Program-made: the position numbers and the translations under genes
Shown here: piece by piece, positions 10,711 through 24,200 of the stretch
Layout: every line of letters begins with the position of its first letter
Position numbering within the stretch: the stretch's first letter is position 1
Notes under the pieces: model-generated
What the model was told of the DNA's origin: nothing
Seen by the model: the letters and a program-made list of their open reading frames with translations, nothing else
Database searches by the model: none
Source of the DNA: Penicillus capitatus
Taxonomy: Eukaryota > Plantae > Chlorophyta
NCBI GenBank assembly: GCA_965649825.1
Contig: OZ287708.1
Coordinates: forward strand, 13,001-77,000
Length of the DNA: 64,000 nucleotides
Direction: 5' to 3'

Positions 10711-11719
10711 TAAAATGTCACTCTTTGAAAAAGTATGATTTTCAGTTAAAAAAGTGTTACAATTTCAGTTGGCAAACGCTTATAACTTGTCACTCTTCAG
10801 AAAAGTGTGATATCTAGTGAAAAGTGAAGTTTAGAAAGGTGTGACATTCAGAAAAGTGTAAGGTTAGTAGAGCACAGAAGAAGAGATGCCCACCCCGCCA
10901 CATAGTCTACAGAAAAGGAGTGAGAAAGTGTGAGTGTGTAACAGGAGGACTTACGGTCGGCGAGCGGCGCCTCACAGTGCGGCGCGGGCGGTCTCCCTGA
11001 ACGAACACTGACACCGATTCCAGTCAGAGTGCGCGAGGAGAACGAAATGCAACTGAGGATCGACTACTAGGAAGCAGGTGTGCCTCTCTCGGTGCAGCGA
11101 CGCGCAGCGCGGACATGCAGGAAAGGGGTCATGACATGAAGGAAGGGAAAAGGACCCGAGAAAAGAACACAATCACAACAGGAAACAGTAAAGAAAGCAA
11201 ATCGACACAGTGCAGGTAGGAAACAGGCAGAAAAAGGTAAAAATCAACAGTGAATACACGCAAGGAAAATAGGAAAACAGGCAAGCAGCAAAGGAGATAG
11301 ACACAGGAAAGGAAAGGATGATAAAAAACAGGGGGAGACACAAGAGAGACACCCAGGAGGGAGGAGAGTGGAAAATGAACAGAAAAGACGGTCCTGGGTG
11401 TTGAGAGAAGCACACTACCGCCGTTCATCGGCAGTGTACATACGCCTGCCCCGTGTGCGCGACCCCAAAAGGCGGGCAGGTCGCCAAGGCCCTACCCGCT
11501 GGTGCCGCGAAGGGTGCGCGGCACCGCTGCCTCGGGGTGGGGAAGTGGATGCGTTTTGCTGGAGCGATGATGCGGTGCTCTCTGGTGCTCTGGATCTTGA
11601 CTCTGACAAGCTCCACGATGCTCCATGTTCTTGGTTGCTCTGGCCTCAGAGACCGGATTCTCTAAGTGCTCGACAAGTTTTTCATCCCGACTCTATTATT
11701 CAATCACATCACAAACAAG

Positions 11720-14290
11720 AAAGGAGTGGGTAGGTAGTCTTACTCTTGATTCTTGGTGTCAGCGAGATTTCTCTCCGCTGTGGTGACGACAGAAGCGGAG
11801 ATTGAGGCCACTTCGACTGGTGAAGAGTCCACGGCAGCAACAGAAGACAGTTGACAATGTCCTTCGTCCGGAGGTGGACTTGATCAGGCTTCTAGCTGTT
11901 GTCTCTGCAGTCAGTCCTTGGCGGCCAGTGGCTTCGATGCTTCTTGTCTTCGTGCACCCAGAAAAGAACGCCTGAATCCGTGGATGATCGGATTCTTGAC
12001 GGAGGCTCTTCTCCAGCTATATCTGCTCGGACTCATTCATCTCTTGAGCAGAGAAGTGATCACTGTCTCGATTCTGCGTAATGTGGCATCGTTCAGAGAG
12101 GAAAGAGTGTAAAAATGGCTAACCTGTCGATCACATCCTCTGATGCGGACTGTTTATCTTCGTCTGCAACGGACTCAAATTTGACTGCTCGCAGCAGACT
12201 CGGTCCAGAACTGCTTCCATCAGAAGCTCGGTCTAAAGACTGGCATCCCACTTTCAGTTGGATTGGAAGCCGGAGGAAATCCAGATCGCTGCAGACTGTG
12301 GTCCAAGTGGACAACACATTGACATCTGGCGGAGAAGCCACGACAGCGTTGGGCCAAGTCGCTTCCTTCCAGTCGAACATATTGCATCATCTTCGACATC
12401 CAACAATCCACGACCTGTCAGAGAATGACCAAACGAACTCTTTGTTTCCAAATGCCAGTTAAGATTTCAAGAGTGACCTAATTGAGTGTGAATCTTCCAA
12501 TGGCAGATCGATATGGACAGACGTGCACTGAGGATTCTGTCGATATGTCTTCGTGGACGCATCAAGTCAAAGTTCCACGCCCAGTTCACGGAGGTAGCAG
12601 ATGGTCACCGTGACCAGACACTTTTCTTCGATGCCTGATGGACCCTCATCTTGTCTTGACAGAGATCTAACTGTCTCTTCAACAGCACCCCTAGCACCGA
12701 AAGGGCCTGGAAACATCATCTAACCACGGGACTCCTTGCGACAACCTCGCCTGCGATGTGGAGTACTGATGTCCGTCCATCAGACTTCTGGAAGTACGCC
12801 TTCCAGGTGCATGAGAAATGAACTTTGCTCCAGTCAGCGCACTGGCCTCTAGGCAACTGCGGCATCCCAATACTGACAACATGCCTTCTCTTGTTGCAAG
12901 CGACCACTTCCAACGGCGATCCAGTTCTCTGCTTGGTGCTGAATGCCCGTCATGCGGAAGTTACTGCACTTTACCCTGAGTGCTCCCATGCATGAGATGG
13001 ATTTATGAAACTTCGTCCAAATCGACTGTTTCTTTCTTCTGGACTCTTCTTGCGCAGCTGGTTTTGTCTTTGTTTCACAAAACAAAGGATGATTCGACCA
13101 GACATCGCAGCGGCGCCTTCCAGAAACAGTCGAAGACATCGTTTGTGCCAGACAGCAGAACGGAACGGATTCTGGATCGTCGTGACATCCTCGAACCAGA
13201 GAAAAGCCTCTTCCTGCCGAGATCCCTCCAGAGGGTGATCCGGTTTCGCTGCCAAGCACTGAACGCCCTTGATGTCGAACAAACGATGCTCGTTATCCCA
13301 AGATGGATGCATCCACTCATGACGTTGGATTCCAGGCGTCCGGGCGAGATCAACTGCTTTGTCTGGTCTAATCTTGCGCAACTGCTTTCCGTTGTTTGAG
13401 GAGATCAACGGTGGCTCAGAACAGAGTTCTCAGATCACATGCTCTCCAGATACCTTCGTTCTACTTCAGCAAGATGCAGCACAAGGGATTCTTCGCACGT
13501 GAGGCACGTTCAAACTGATTGGCGGCTCCAACACTTTTGTAATGGATTGATCCAGGTTCTCTAAGCAATGCCGGGACTCCACGTCGCTGAAGACGCACCA
13601 GTTGCATATATGTAGACCGACGCTTCCGTAATCCTTGGTGGATCCAGAAAGCCATCAGTAAAAACTGCACCAGCTTCATGAAGGGATGACCCATTCTGTA
13701 TCTCAAGGATCGCAGAGAAGATCAGACATCTTCTTGTTCCATGCAGATGTGCGTTCGGTTGCTGGGTGGACCGGATTCTCTTGCACGAAGCAATCCTGCA
13801 AAGCACGATGACTGGATCACAACACATTGTGAGAACATGACTGGTCTCACAGTAGAGGATGCGATAGTGACTGTCTACGTCGGTCGGCCCGGCGGCAAAT
13901 GGTGTGTTCCAGCACATCATTGCTTGTTCGCGGATCACGATCTCTTCATCGTTATTGAGACATAAGCATCTTCGCCGTGCATTCCCTCGGCCATACTCAA
14001 TGCTCTAGGCCAGGGTGACTTCGCCGCAGCACATTCTCTGACAACACAGAACTAGGTTCAGAATCTCGCGGAGTGATGGTGGATGCTTCATCGCCTCCAA
14101 ATGAACTGAGTCCATGCAATCTGGTTCGCTGCTTATAACCATTCTAAAACCACAGAAGAGTCAGGTATCTGCAAAATGAACTGAGAGCGACCCACTCTCT
14201 TCATGTCACTGAACACAATCCACATAGCACTATCTCGGTGCAACCTTCAAGACGACATTATATTCATCTTGTCTTATAGCATATAATGAT
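11720..14290 (-). mobile_element. Decayed RTE-like LINE ORF2, copy 2
   Basis: LSQGVPW RT motif remnant and C2H2-like C-terminus ending HHSGEKSR-stop. Many stops. Confidence 0.6.
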
Positions 14291-15537
14291 GGAACCCAAA
14301 ATCCAGAGGAGATAAGGGATTTCTAGCCAGCAGCAGCAAATGCAAATAGGACGCGTTAGCAACCATCCAGGGAAAACAAGGAGTAGAACGCTCCAGCCTC
14401 CAGGTAGCAAAACGGCAGATCGGACACAGCAGCATCTGTCCATTGCAAGACAGCTGATAGTATACGGCAGCCTCCATGGAGGATGACAACAGATTGAACG
14501 CAGGGAGCCTCCATTCACGGACAGACAGTAAGCAGGACATAAACACCTTCCAGACAGCAACACGGCAAATAGAACATGAAAACACCAGCAGCCAGACAGC
14601 AGGTAGGTCTACCACAGCCTCCAGGCAGCCAAAGGGCAGATCAGACACGGCAGCTTCAGGCATCCAAAAGATAGGTAGGACATGGTATCATCCAGGCAGT
14701 AAATAACAGCAAGATGAGTAAGACAGCTCTCCAGCAGCACATAACAGCAAGTATGACCATGACAACTTCGGGCAGCAAGACAGCAACTTGGAGACGGCAG
14801 TCTCCAGGCAGCAGGCCAGCGAGGAAGAGATGCCAGCCTCTGGGTAACAAAACGGTAAGTAAAATGACGCCAGCCTCCATCCACGGCAGAAGAGTAAGAC
14901 ACAGCAGCTTCCATCAACGGCAGAAAAACACAAAGTAGCACGCCGCAGCCTCCACGCAGCAAGACAGCAGCAGACAGGACCAAGACAGACAGCTCAGTAG
15001 AGCAAAAAAGAAAATAAAACGATCACAGCCTCCAGGCCATAAAACAACAGATTTGACAAGAGATCCTCCATCCAGCAAGACAGCATGTAAGATACGGCAG
15101 CCTCTAGACAGCAGATTAGAATCAAAAACGATGCCAGCCTCCGAACAGCAAGACAGCAAGTGGGACACAGCAGCCTCTGGGCAGAAAGATTGCAGATCGT
15201 ATGAAGATACCTCAGCAGAGCAAAAAACAGATAAGATATGACAGCTTCCATGCACCGAAACAGCTAAAACAGGGCCAGCCACAGCAAAGCGAGGGTTGAC
15301 GGCCAGAAAACAGTACACAATAGAAAACAGCCCCCTTGGATCTTTTTTTATTTTTTTTATTTTTTTGTCACACTTTTAAGTGTGACCTTATTTATTTTTT
15401 TTTTGTTTTTTTATTTTTTAATCTAAACATCTCACACAAAAAGTGTGAAATGTGTAAGAAACGAAACTTTTTTTTTTAATTTTTGCCCCCACGAAAAACA
15501 GCATCCAAAATGGAGAAAATATAGGCCCTAACATAGA

Positions 15538-16834
15538 TCAATCTTGTATGAGAACCTACACCAAGAGCACAATAAAAGCGAAAAGAAAAAATGAGTAACT
15601 TACGCATTCTCCGGAGAGAAAGAAGAGTCGCTCTGGTATGGCAGAACTTAGCGGCACACACTCTCCGGAGAGAAAATATGGCCGCGGGGGAATACCTAGT
15701 GAGCCGACGGAGAAAATGAACGGGCGTACAGGAAAGAGGGGCGGGTGAGCGCGGAGGGAAAAGCGAGAAGTACGTGCAGGGAAGGGAGAGGGAGAGGCGG
15801 GGAGTGAAAACATTAATGGACGGGGAGGAATGATTGGTGGTGGGGATGCCGGGATGCAAAAAACTCCCGGGCGTGAAGGGAAGAGAGGATGCTGGATGGG
15901 CTGCAGGGAAGGAGGGGACATTGTCACGGTCGGCTGGGGCGAGGGACATGAGGACCACTCCATGCAGACCGGAGAAGAACACGGCGGCTGCTGAGTGCCC
16001 GGCATGGAAACAGAAGGCCCAGATGCCATGAAAGAAGGCAGATCCTCCATTGGCTGCGGAGGTGATGGAGGCCCTGATGGAGGCATGGAGAGAGGAACCT
16101 CGGATGACTGCGTTGATTGAGGCTGGGACGGCGGCGGAGAACACGGAGACGGATTGCACGGAATATGCTGCTCAGGTGCCTGTGAGAACAAACCTGCTGA
16201 GTGATCTTGGCCTGACGGCATCTTACCTCTCCGACTCCGGTCTCCATCTCCGACGGGCCCTGAGCCAGGCGTTCCCTCCTCTGTTCCGAGGAGAGAACCC
16301 TGGCTCGCCGTCCCCTGCGAGGCTGTTCGGTCTGGGCCCGCGGAGGCCCAAACCGAACAGGAGGGGCCTGTTGCTGCAACAGCTCCTGGCCCCTCCGAGC
16401 AGTTGTCTGGGATTTTAACTCCCAGTACAACCGCTCGCGCTCGCCACTCTCCATGTTCTGAAATGCCCTTGGAGGACTGCGGCCGAGGACTTCCTGTAAT
16501 GTTACCTGAGAAAACCTAGAACACACAGAAGAAAGTTAATACCACTGGCAGCTTGACAGACAACGGCCATAGAGGGTGTTCAAAGACAGATAGTCGAAAA
16601 CAGAGGAAGATAGATGTCTCTCGAAGAACAGGACGGCGGATGCGATGTCGCGAGCACCGAAGCGCGAACGAATAGGTCGGAATCGAACGCATCCATGTGC
16701 ATGGAGCGCGTCCATGCGGCAGGAGGAGCGTTCCGAAGCGCGAGACGGCGAGACGCGTCGAAACATGAGAACAGGACTCACGGCTTTCCAGGATATCCGT
16801 AGTCCTCCTCCGTTGTCATTCGCTCGTCGGCCAT
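15538..16834 (-). CDS. Gene Y2, 311 aa (exons 16834-16782, 16515-16227, 16179-15604, 15555-15538)
   Basis: Same splice phases as Y1, open frame throughout, ends VLIQD-TGA. Confidence 0.75.
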
Positions 16835-17943
16835 GGTCGCTAAAGTCGGTCGCAGAAAACAAAGCGGAGGAACCCGAAACTCGAGTGCGGAAGGGTCAGC
16901 GACAGGACCTTTATAGGCCGCCTCGGTTGCTGCTCGCCGGCGGCCCGCGGAGGATGGGAACTGTGGCCGTTTGGCGGCGCCTGCATGCGCCGCCGGACAG
17001 AGATATGGCCGCCAGCGAGCCAGAATCGCAGGATTCTGTCGTCGGGACGCGCGACGCGGACGGGAGAGCGCTTTTGGATTCTCCGAGACGAGTTTTACAG
17101 GCAAGCCTGTCTGCAGTTTGTCGCTATGCTCTCGTCTGAGTGTAACACGAGACGCATCTCATGCGGCTGTTCGACGCAAATCTCCGAACGGCGAACCGTT
17201 CGGAGTCAGCCCGAAGTTGCCTGGCCGGAGCGGCGAGTAAGGCGTTCTGTTTTGCACAGGCAGCAAGGACTCGTCGTCGCGGCGGCCGTCTGTTTCGGAC
17301 GTTTTCGCTGCAGACGCCGTCGGGAGAGCGTTTTGCGAGGTGTAACCCGAGTCGGTTTGAGGAGTTGTCGGTGCCGCTAACTCCCTCGAACATGGAAGGC
17401 GCAACAGAACGACCGGCCTTCCGCGACGAGCAGACGACCACAGAGCCATTGTTCTAGTTCGTGTTCGCGCGCGGCGTCGCGTGTTTCGGAAGTCGCCGTT
17501 CGCTGTCATTAACGAATCCGGTCGCTTTCTATGTCGGCTGTGTAGGCCTGCTGCCTTTTCTACAAAGCCATCGATCTTACTGTTTCGAGAACGACGTGTA
17601 TGATGGCGCTGTCGATCACCGTCTGGGCCAGTTTCGATCCGATGCCATCGCCTACCTTCTTTCCGGTGTGCTCTACTGCGCGGAGTGCGCCAAAGATTCA
17701 GATTGTCATAGGAACTGGCTGGAATACCGCTGGATTCTCATTGGAATCGTCCTTGCAGTTCCATTCTTTGTGTCTCTGTGTTCTGAGACAATGAGAGGTC
17801 TGACGGAGAGCGTCCGTCTTCTGTTCGAAGGACACCTGTTGGAATTCTTTACAGCGAAACACGAGCAAATATCGCCAACTGCTCTGAGTGCGTGTGGCGT
17901 TCTATGACGATGTTGTCAGAGCTGGCGATGATCTCTTGTACGG

Positions 17944-18250
17944 TGTCGCGTAGGGTTTTAGATGGGAACAATTTGAGTGGTGGGCGCACGTAAACCTTTT
18001 TGAAACGTAAAGCCTTACAAACGAAAGACGAGATCTGTACATCGACAACGCTTTTATAGGGTACTTTATTTAAGGAACAAAGAAGGAATATTCTGAGAAG
18101 ATTCCGGAATCTACTTGGAATCTGTGACGTAGAGCCGCGGGTCTATTTGTGGATGGGAAGCTATAGAGAACCTACGACCTGTCACTTGGAGATCGACACA
18201 AGTGTAAGTAGATGAGCGCATTATCGTGAGCGCTACGCCTTAACACGACA
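17944..18250 (-). repeat. 3' LTR of element 1
   Basis: Matches 24584-24890 with one substitution seen (agccttac vs agcctaac). Preceded on the minus strand by purine-rich GAAGATAGGTGGGCCCA (18251-18267). Confidence 0.97.
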
Positions 18251-18259
18251 TGGGCCCAC

Positions 18260-21258
18260 CTATCTTCTGCCTAATCTCCGAAGGAAGTCACGATGGACAT
18301 TGTGCAGCGTCGAACCATTGGGCATACGGATATCCCAACGGTGGTCACTATGTTCTTTCACTACCACACAAGGATAGACCCATTTGGAGTATAGTTTGGA
18401 GTCGAGGCGGTCGGCCAACTTTGAGTTGTACCACGAGACCTCTGCTCCCACTTCCATGGGACGGTTCTTGACTTTCTTGTGGTGTCTTGTCTTATTTTGC
18501 TGGTGTGCCTTGATTATTCGTTGATATGCTAGTCCTCGGTCGGTGTCTAACTGTTGTGGACTAGTTGTCGTGCCGTTCCGTTGTGTGCCAGTCAGAAGGT
18601 ATTGTGGACAGAACAGAGTCGTACTATGGATCGTCCGGTTGATCTCATGTACACTCGTGCTCACATGTGTCGTCCAATCACCCCCCTTTTCCGCCCATAT
18701 CCTCCGAAGTCGATTTACGAGGTTTCGGTTGAACGCCTCGACAGTGCCCGCACTTTTGTGGGAATAGGTTGGCGTATGTAGCAGATCTATTCCGTGCTGT
18801 GCGCAGGTACTCTCGAAGCTCCTGGCAATGAAGGCGCTTCCGTTGTCGCACAGGATCCTCTGTGGAGCCCCAAAGCTTCGTGCCCATTCGAGTACCAGCT
18901 TAATAGCCTGTGCTGCCGAGCACGTCTTACATGGGCGCCCCACGCCGAACTTAGTGAAAGCGTCGATCCCGGTAGCGATATACCGAAACCCATGGCTGCC
19001 ACGGTTCAGGGGTCCTATGAAGTCTAGACACAGTGTGTGGTTCGGGGATGGACTGTCAATCATACCCAAGTCCACCTCAGATCGTGGGTTGCGAAACATT
19101 TGGCACGTCTCGCAGTTATTGACGTAATCTCGCACGTCATTGAAGTCGTTCGTCCAGCGGGTTCCGTCGGACCGCAGGTTCAGGAATGTCTTCCTTACCC
19201 CGAAGTGGCCTGCATGAGCTTTCTTGATGAGCTCGGTCCGTTCTTCCGGAGCGTAGGATACGGCGTTCACTTGATATCCCTGTTGCTTCTTCTTGGTGTG
19301 AAATTCGACAGGTGCGTTGTCTCTCCATCGGCTGAGAAGATCCGCTATCACGTTGTCCTTCCCCTCTACAAAACAGAAGTGGAGACGATCGTGGGAAAAG
19401 TGGTGCCGGAGCCAGCAATGCTGTCTCTGGATCCGGAGGTCCTTGAACTTGTGCAGGAATGTCGGCTCCTTGAGCCAATTGACCGTAGCCATGTTGTCGG
19501 AGTAAACGAATACCTCCGTCTGCTTGATCACAAAGTAACATTCCTTCAAGGCCCGTACTATTCCCATCAATTCTCCCAGAAAACTTCCGACCCTCTGTTT
19601 CGTCGTAAAAGATCCAAAGAGAACAGGTTGCAAGGTCGAGTTAAGCAATACGTATCCGAACTGGTTGAGTGGGTTACCACACCAATCCGTATACAGATGG
19701 AATGGCCCCCTTCTTTCCAACGTCAATCGGTACGTACTGATGCACAGAGATTGAACTGCGTCCTTGTAGATCTCGTCAGCTTTGGTGTAGTCATTGTGTT
19801 CGCGTTTCAGGAATGGCTTGAGTTGCGTGACGATCGCGTCGTATTTGTAACAGTACTGTGCCAGTTGCTGGCACAGACCCATGGCCTTCTGAACGTCGTG
19901 ACGTGATGTGATTGTCGGCAGCTTCTGGAGTATTGCCTGGGCCCTGTGGTACGGGTTTAGCGTCCCACCACTGAGTTCGGTACCCAAAAAGCTTACCGAT
20001 GTCTCAAACCAGTCACACTTTTGGCAGTTGATCGTCAGGCCGTATTCGTCAAAACGTTTTAATAAAAGCTTGGTCTTGTCGAGGAGTTCCTCCTCCGTTT
20101 CGCCGCCGATAAGTATGTCATCGAAGTATCGGACCACATCCAACCCTTGTAGGATGTGTGGGTCATGCGGTTATTGAAAAGCTCCGGACTGACGTTGACG
20201 CCTTGCGGCAGTCTCCGAAAGCCGTACGTCACGCCGTTCCAATGTAGTGCAAAGAAAAGCGAGATATTGTCGTCGATGGGGATGGAGCCGTAGCCGTGAA
20301 CAATGTCCACGATGGTGTATACGGTCCACTTGGGATCCACCTTCTGGATGATGTTGGACACCGGAATGATGGTCCCCCCTTGCGTTCCTTCGAGGTACGT
20401 GTTGATGTCGCGGAAGTCAATGGTGGGCCGGATCTTGCCATTCGGTTTGCGTATGAAGTTTAAAGGTGCTACGACAGCGTGTATTGCTTCTGCAACAGAC
20501 AGCTGTCGTATAACACCTTCCATGTGTAGCGAGTCGATCTCTTTTGAGATTTCCTCATTGGTGAGATCTGAAACGTAGTTCTCCCTCCAGCATGGCTTAG
20601 GCTCGCCTTGCCAACAAAGATCTCTGCCGCGTACCCTGATGTCCCACAGCCTGTTGGTCGTCGGGCGAATTGTGTCCGAAAACACCCGAGGGAATTCTTC
20701 TCTCAACTGAGCTACTGTCGTATCCTTGTCCAGTGTTGTAAGGACGCTAACGTTATGCACGCGCTTGGTCTTCTCTCTCAGCGGGTATTCCGTTCCATCG
20801 ACGTCGGCGATGGAATCAATGTTTCCTTTAGCACAACACAGTCGCATCTTGCTGGTGACGTGTTGTGGGGTATCGGATTGATTGAAGATTACCACGCTGA
20901 TTTGACCATTTGCGTGTACCTTCACCTTGCAGAAGATGTTCTTGTTATGGGTACAGTCAAAGAATGCAGTCCAAATTGTTGTTTCCGAGAACTTGAAAGG
21001 TAAGATAATGCGGCGGCTCCGAAAGGGTCCCAGCACAAAACTTCTCCCTGCCATAAAGACGATCCAGCCGTTTTGTTTGAACGGGAATAGCTCCCGATCA
21101 ATGGATTCCGTGACTTGAAGTGCTAAAGATGTTGGTCTTTCTTTCTGTCTGTCTTGGGGTGTCTCGTCCTTCCAGTTCGCCTTTACTAGTACCAAGCGTT
21201 TTATTTGCGGTTTTTGCGAGTCGTCATCTGCCTGCTGAAAAACAGGCGTGCACCTTAG
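18260..21258 (-). CDS. pol: Pol of element 1 (dUTPase-like, RT, RNase H, integrase), entered by -1 frameshift; broken by a 2-nt insertion near 20157
   Basis: VDIVHGY, LPQG, YFDD; RNase H LYTDW...ELMGIVRAL...SDN...ADLLSR; integrase HAGH...CETC with D,D(35)E. ORFs 20059-21195 and 18260-20143 rejoin as MTHILQGLDVVRYFDD if 'AC' is removed. Confidence 0.93.
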
Positions 21259-24200
21259 TTTTTTGAAACTGAGACGTTGTGGATCAAGATTTTGTTGCCT
21301 TTGTCGTCGTAGACTGCGTCCTCCTCGCAGTTGAGCTGCAACTTGAATGCTTGAAGGGCCTGCATTCCCAGAATCGGGCGTTGGACACCTTCACAGACGA
21401 CAAATGGAATCTCAGCGCTCTGTTTCCCGAGGGTACACACCAAAGCGATCTCGCCACTTGGCCTGGTCGTCTGGTTGTTGAAGCTGGTTACATCTCTAAC
21501 CTTCGACGACCTGAGGACCAAGTTGTGTCTCCTTGCCAGCTTTGCCGGAAGTATATTGGTCTGCGCACCGGTGTCCAACAGGCACGAGATTTTTCCGGCA
21601 ATATTCTCCATGTTGAGTGGGACATTATACTGTATCATCCTCTGAGAATTCTGGCGCTGTACCGGATTCGCTTGTCCTAAAGTCCCCGATTCTGTCGTCT
21701 TTGGGGCTTTCGCGAGTACAGGACAGTCTCTACCGGAGTGGCCTTTTTTATTGCATCTCTCGCAGGTGTGTCCGTACTCTTGTCGCACGCCTTGCTTGTC
21801 GTTGTTGGGAGCGTTGCTTCGTGTATTCCGTCCTCCGTGTAAGCATTCGTCGATGATCCTTTGTACACGTGGCCAGTTGCCCGCATCTCCCCATGGCAGT
21901 CCACGCAGACGTGCCTGGATTTGTGCGTTCGCAATATTGAAGATTCTCTCCGTCGCCGTAGCGTACTTGACGGGGTCATCTATCAATTCGAGCAGCTTTG
22001 ACATTCTGCGTGTGAACTGCGAGAGATTCTCTTTACGTTTTGGCAACATCCTGTGTACGTTCTTTACGGTGGGACCATCTTTCTCGACGTGTCTAGTGGG
22101 AGTCTGGCTTTTTGGAGTGTGTGGAGTTGCAGCTTCACTAGGGCGACGCTTGTCTGAGTCCTGACGTATTTGTTGACTCTGTTTCCGTTCGGTTGTTCCT
22201 TGGGTCTCGTGCGATGGCTCAGGCTCGGGGTGATGTAACTCACATCCGACTTGCTGCACTCGCATCCGATCCTCAACCGCTTCTACTCGTTGCCCGATAG
22301 TAAGTATGCTGGCCTCCACAACCTCTTCCAATCTCCCTTGTCTATTGACAAGTCTGTCCTCGAGTTCTGCAGCGCGTCTCATAAGCCCATCTTGCATCGC
22401 TTGAACACTTTCCATCAAGGATTGTATCAAGCCACGTTGTTCAGTGTCTTGGCGGACTTCCGGCGATGGGTCTGGGTGGATTTCCGTCACTGTATTTTGT
22501 TGGTCTGCCCGTCGTGGTGCCGAATGTTGCGGTGGCGGAGGCGACTGAGATGGCGCGACAGGACGAGAAGGACTGGATGACGGCGTTGACTCCTGCGGCG
22601 GTGACTGGGATGGCGGCGGTGGCGACTGTTGTGTAGGCGTTGGTGGTGACTGCTCTTGTGACGACTGCTGAGTGGTCAGTTCTTGAGTCAGTTGCTGCGC
22701 CTGAGCCCTATGTCCCCGCATCAGATTCCACACGATTCTGAGTAACCAGCAAATCCCCTGGGTTATGGCTACGACTCGCATCACAACCTTGCGGATGTTC
22801 CTGAATACATTCAAGATCCATGCAGCGACCTTGTATAGAAGCATAGCAGCGCCTACCAACTGCCAGCCGTTCCCCGTCGCCAGGGCACTACGAATTGCTC
22901 TGAGTCCAAATTTATCCCAAAGCGTGCCTAACATCCACGTGACCGCGTTATCTCGGGCACCGGTTAGCCATTTTATGAAACGGTCGAGGAATGTTTCATT
23001 CTCATGACTGTTTCCCCAACCTGTAACTTGACTCTCGCATATGCACTCGTCGAGGGCCGTCTTCAGATTTCCCGTATGTTCGTTGATTCTATATATTGTC
23101 TTCCTAATCTCGTCCAGGGTGTCGTTGAGCCGTTTCCAATCATCATTTAAACCTTTCGGGCCCCATGCGTCTTGGGAGTCCTGTTGGCCTTGAGAGTTCG
23201 TTGATGAACCGCTCATCGAGATGTTCTCGAACTGGTTCAAATCGTACAATGACTCATTGAAGGCCTTCAGTTCTCCCTCGATTTTCGGCCTGGATGGAAG
23301 GTTGTTGATGACTGAAACTGTGACAGTCGTCAATAGATTAGTCGGATAGAAGACGGAGAGTACCCCTCTGTTTGCTACCCAATTGATGACTCCGTGAGTG
23401 GTAAGGCCCACGACGGCGCTAGTCATCATCTCCGTTACGTAGTCCGGCCATGTGATATCCAAGTCTCTCATCCAAACGGGGATCGCGGCCCAAGGTTCTC
23501 TAGCGTCGAGAGGTAGAGCATTCCCTAATCCGTGCATGTCAAATACATTCTCTGGGGGAAGCTCCTGTTCGGGTCCTTGGCCTTCCTCTGACTGCGTATC
23601 TTCAACTTCAGGCTCGGATTGTGGGGTAGCCGTGTCTTCGTACGTATCCTGCTGTGCTTCGGCTGGTATTGCGTACACGAAATCTAATGCTCCGGGCTCG
23701 GTCCCGACATACAGGTCATCATATTCATCTTCCAGATACGCATCGACTGATTCGACAATCTCATCAATTTCGTCCGAGTACGTCGCTTTAGATCTCTCTT
23801 CTGGTTGTTCCTTTCCGGTTGATATGCGCTCTCCGGCAGAGAGTCCACTTTGATCTTCGGGGTCGGCTACGGGTATAGCGTATCCGAAGCGTCTGCGCAG
23901 AGCTCTCGCCGACGACATTACGGTGAAATCGTTCTTGCCGTTTCGAGGGTCTCCGTATGTCAGATCGTATACTCTCTGTCTGGACGTGTCCAGAAGTTCC
24001 TTCTGGCCCCAATTCTCAGGATGGGGTTCACCTCGGACGAGTAGAAAAAGTGAGATGTCGGTCGTTGATATTGGTCGCCCGTCCCAGTAGATCCTGGCGC
24101 CTTCGCTCAGAACCTTGATCAGCATGTTGGTTTCGCCCATGGATAGTCCCCCTGCCGCATCATAAAAGATAATGCCTTTGGGGCAACCGATGACGAATTC

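Larger units (their letters stand above)
10710..17500 (-). repeat. Composite repeat unit Y, copy 2 (tandem duplicate, ~10-kb period with copy 1)
   Basis: Same module order and the same flanks on both sides as copy 1. Confidence 0.85.

Noticed and set aside
19037-19906. 289-aa antisense ORF within pol of element 1
   Set aside because: Shadow of the RNase H/integrase frame; no independent support.
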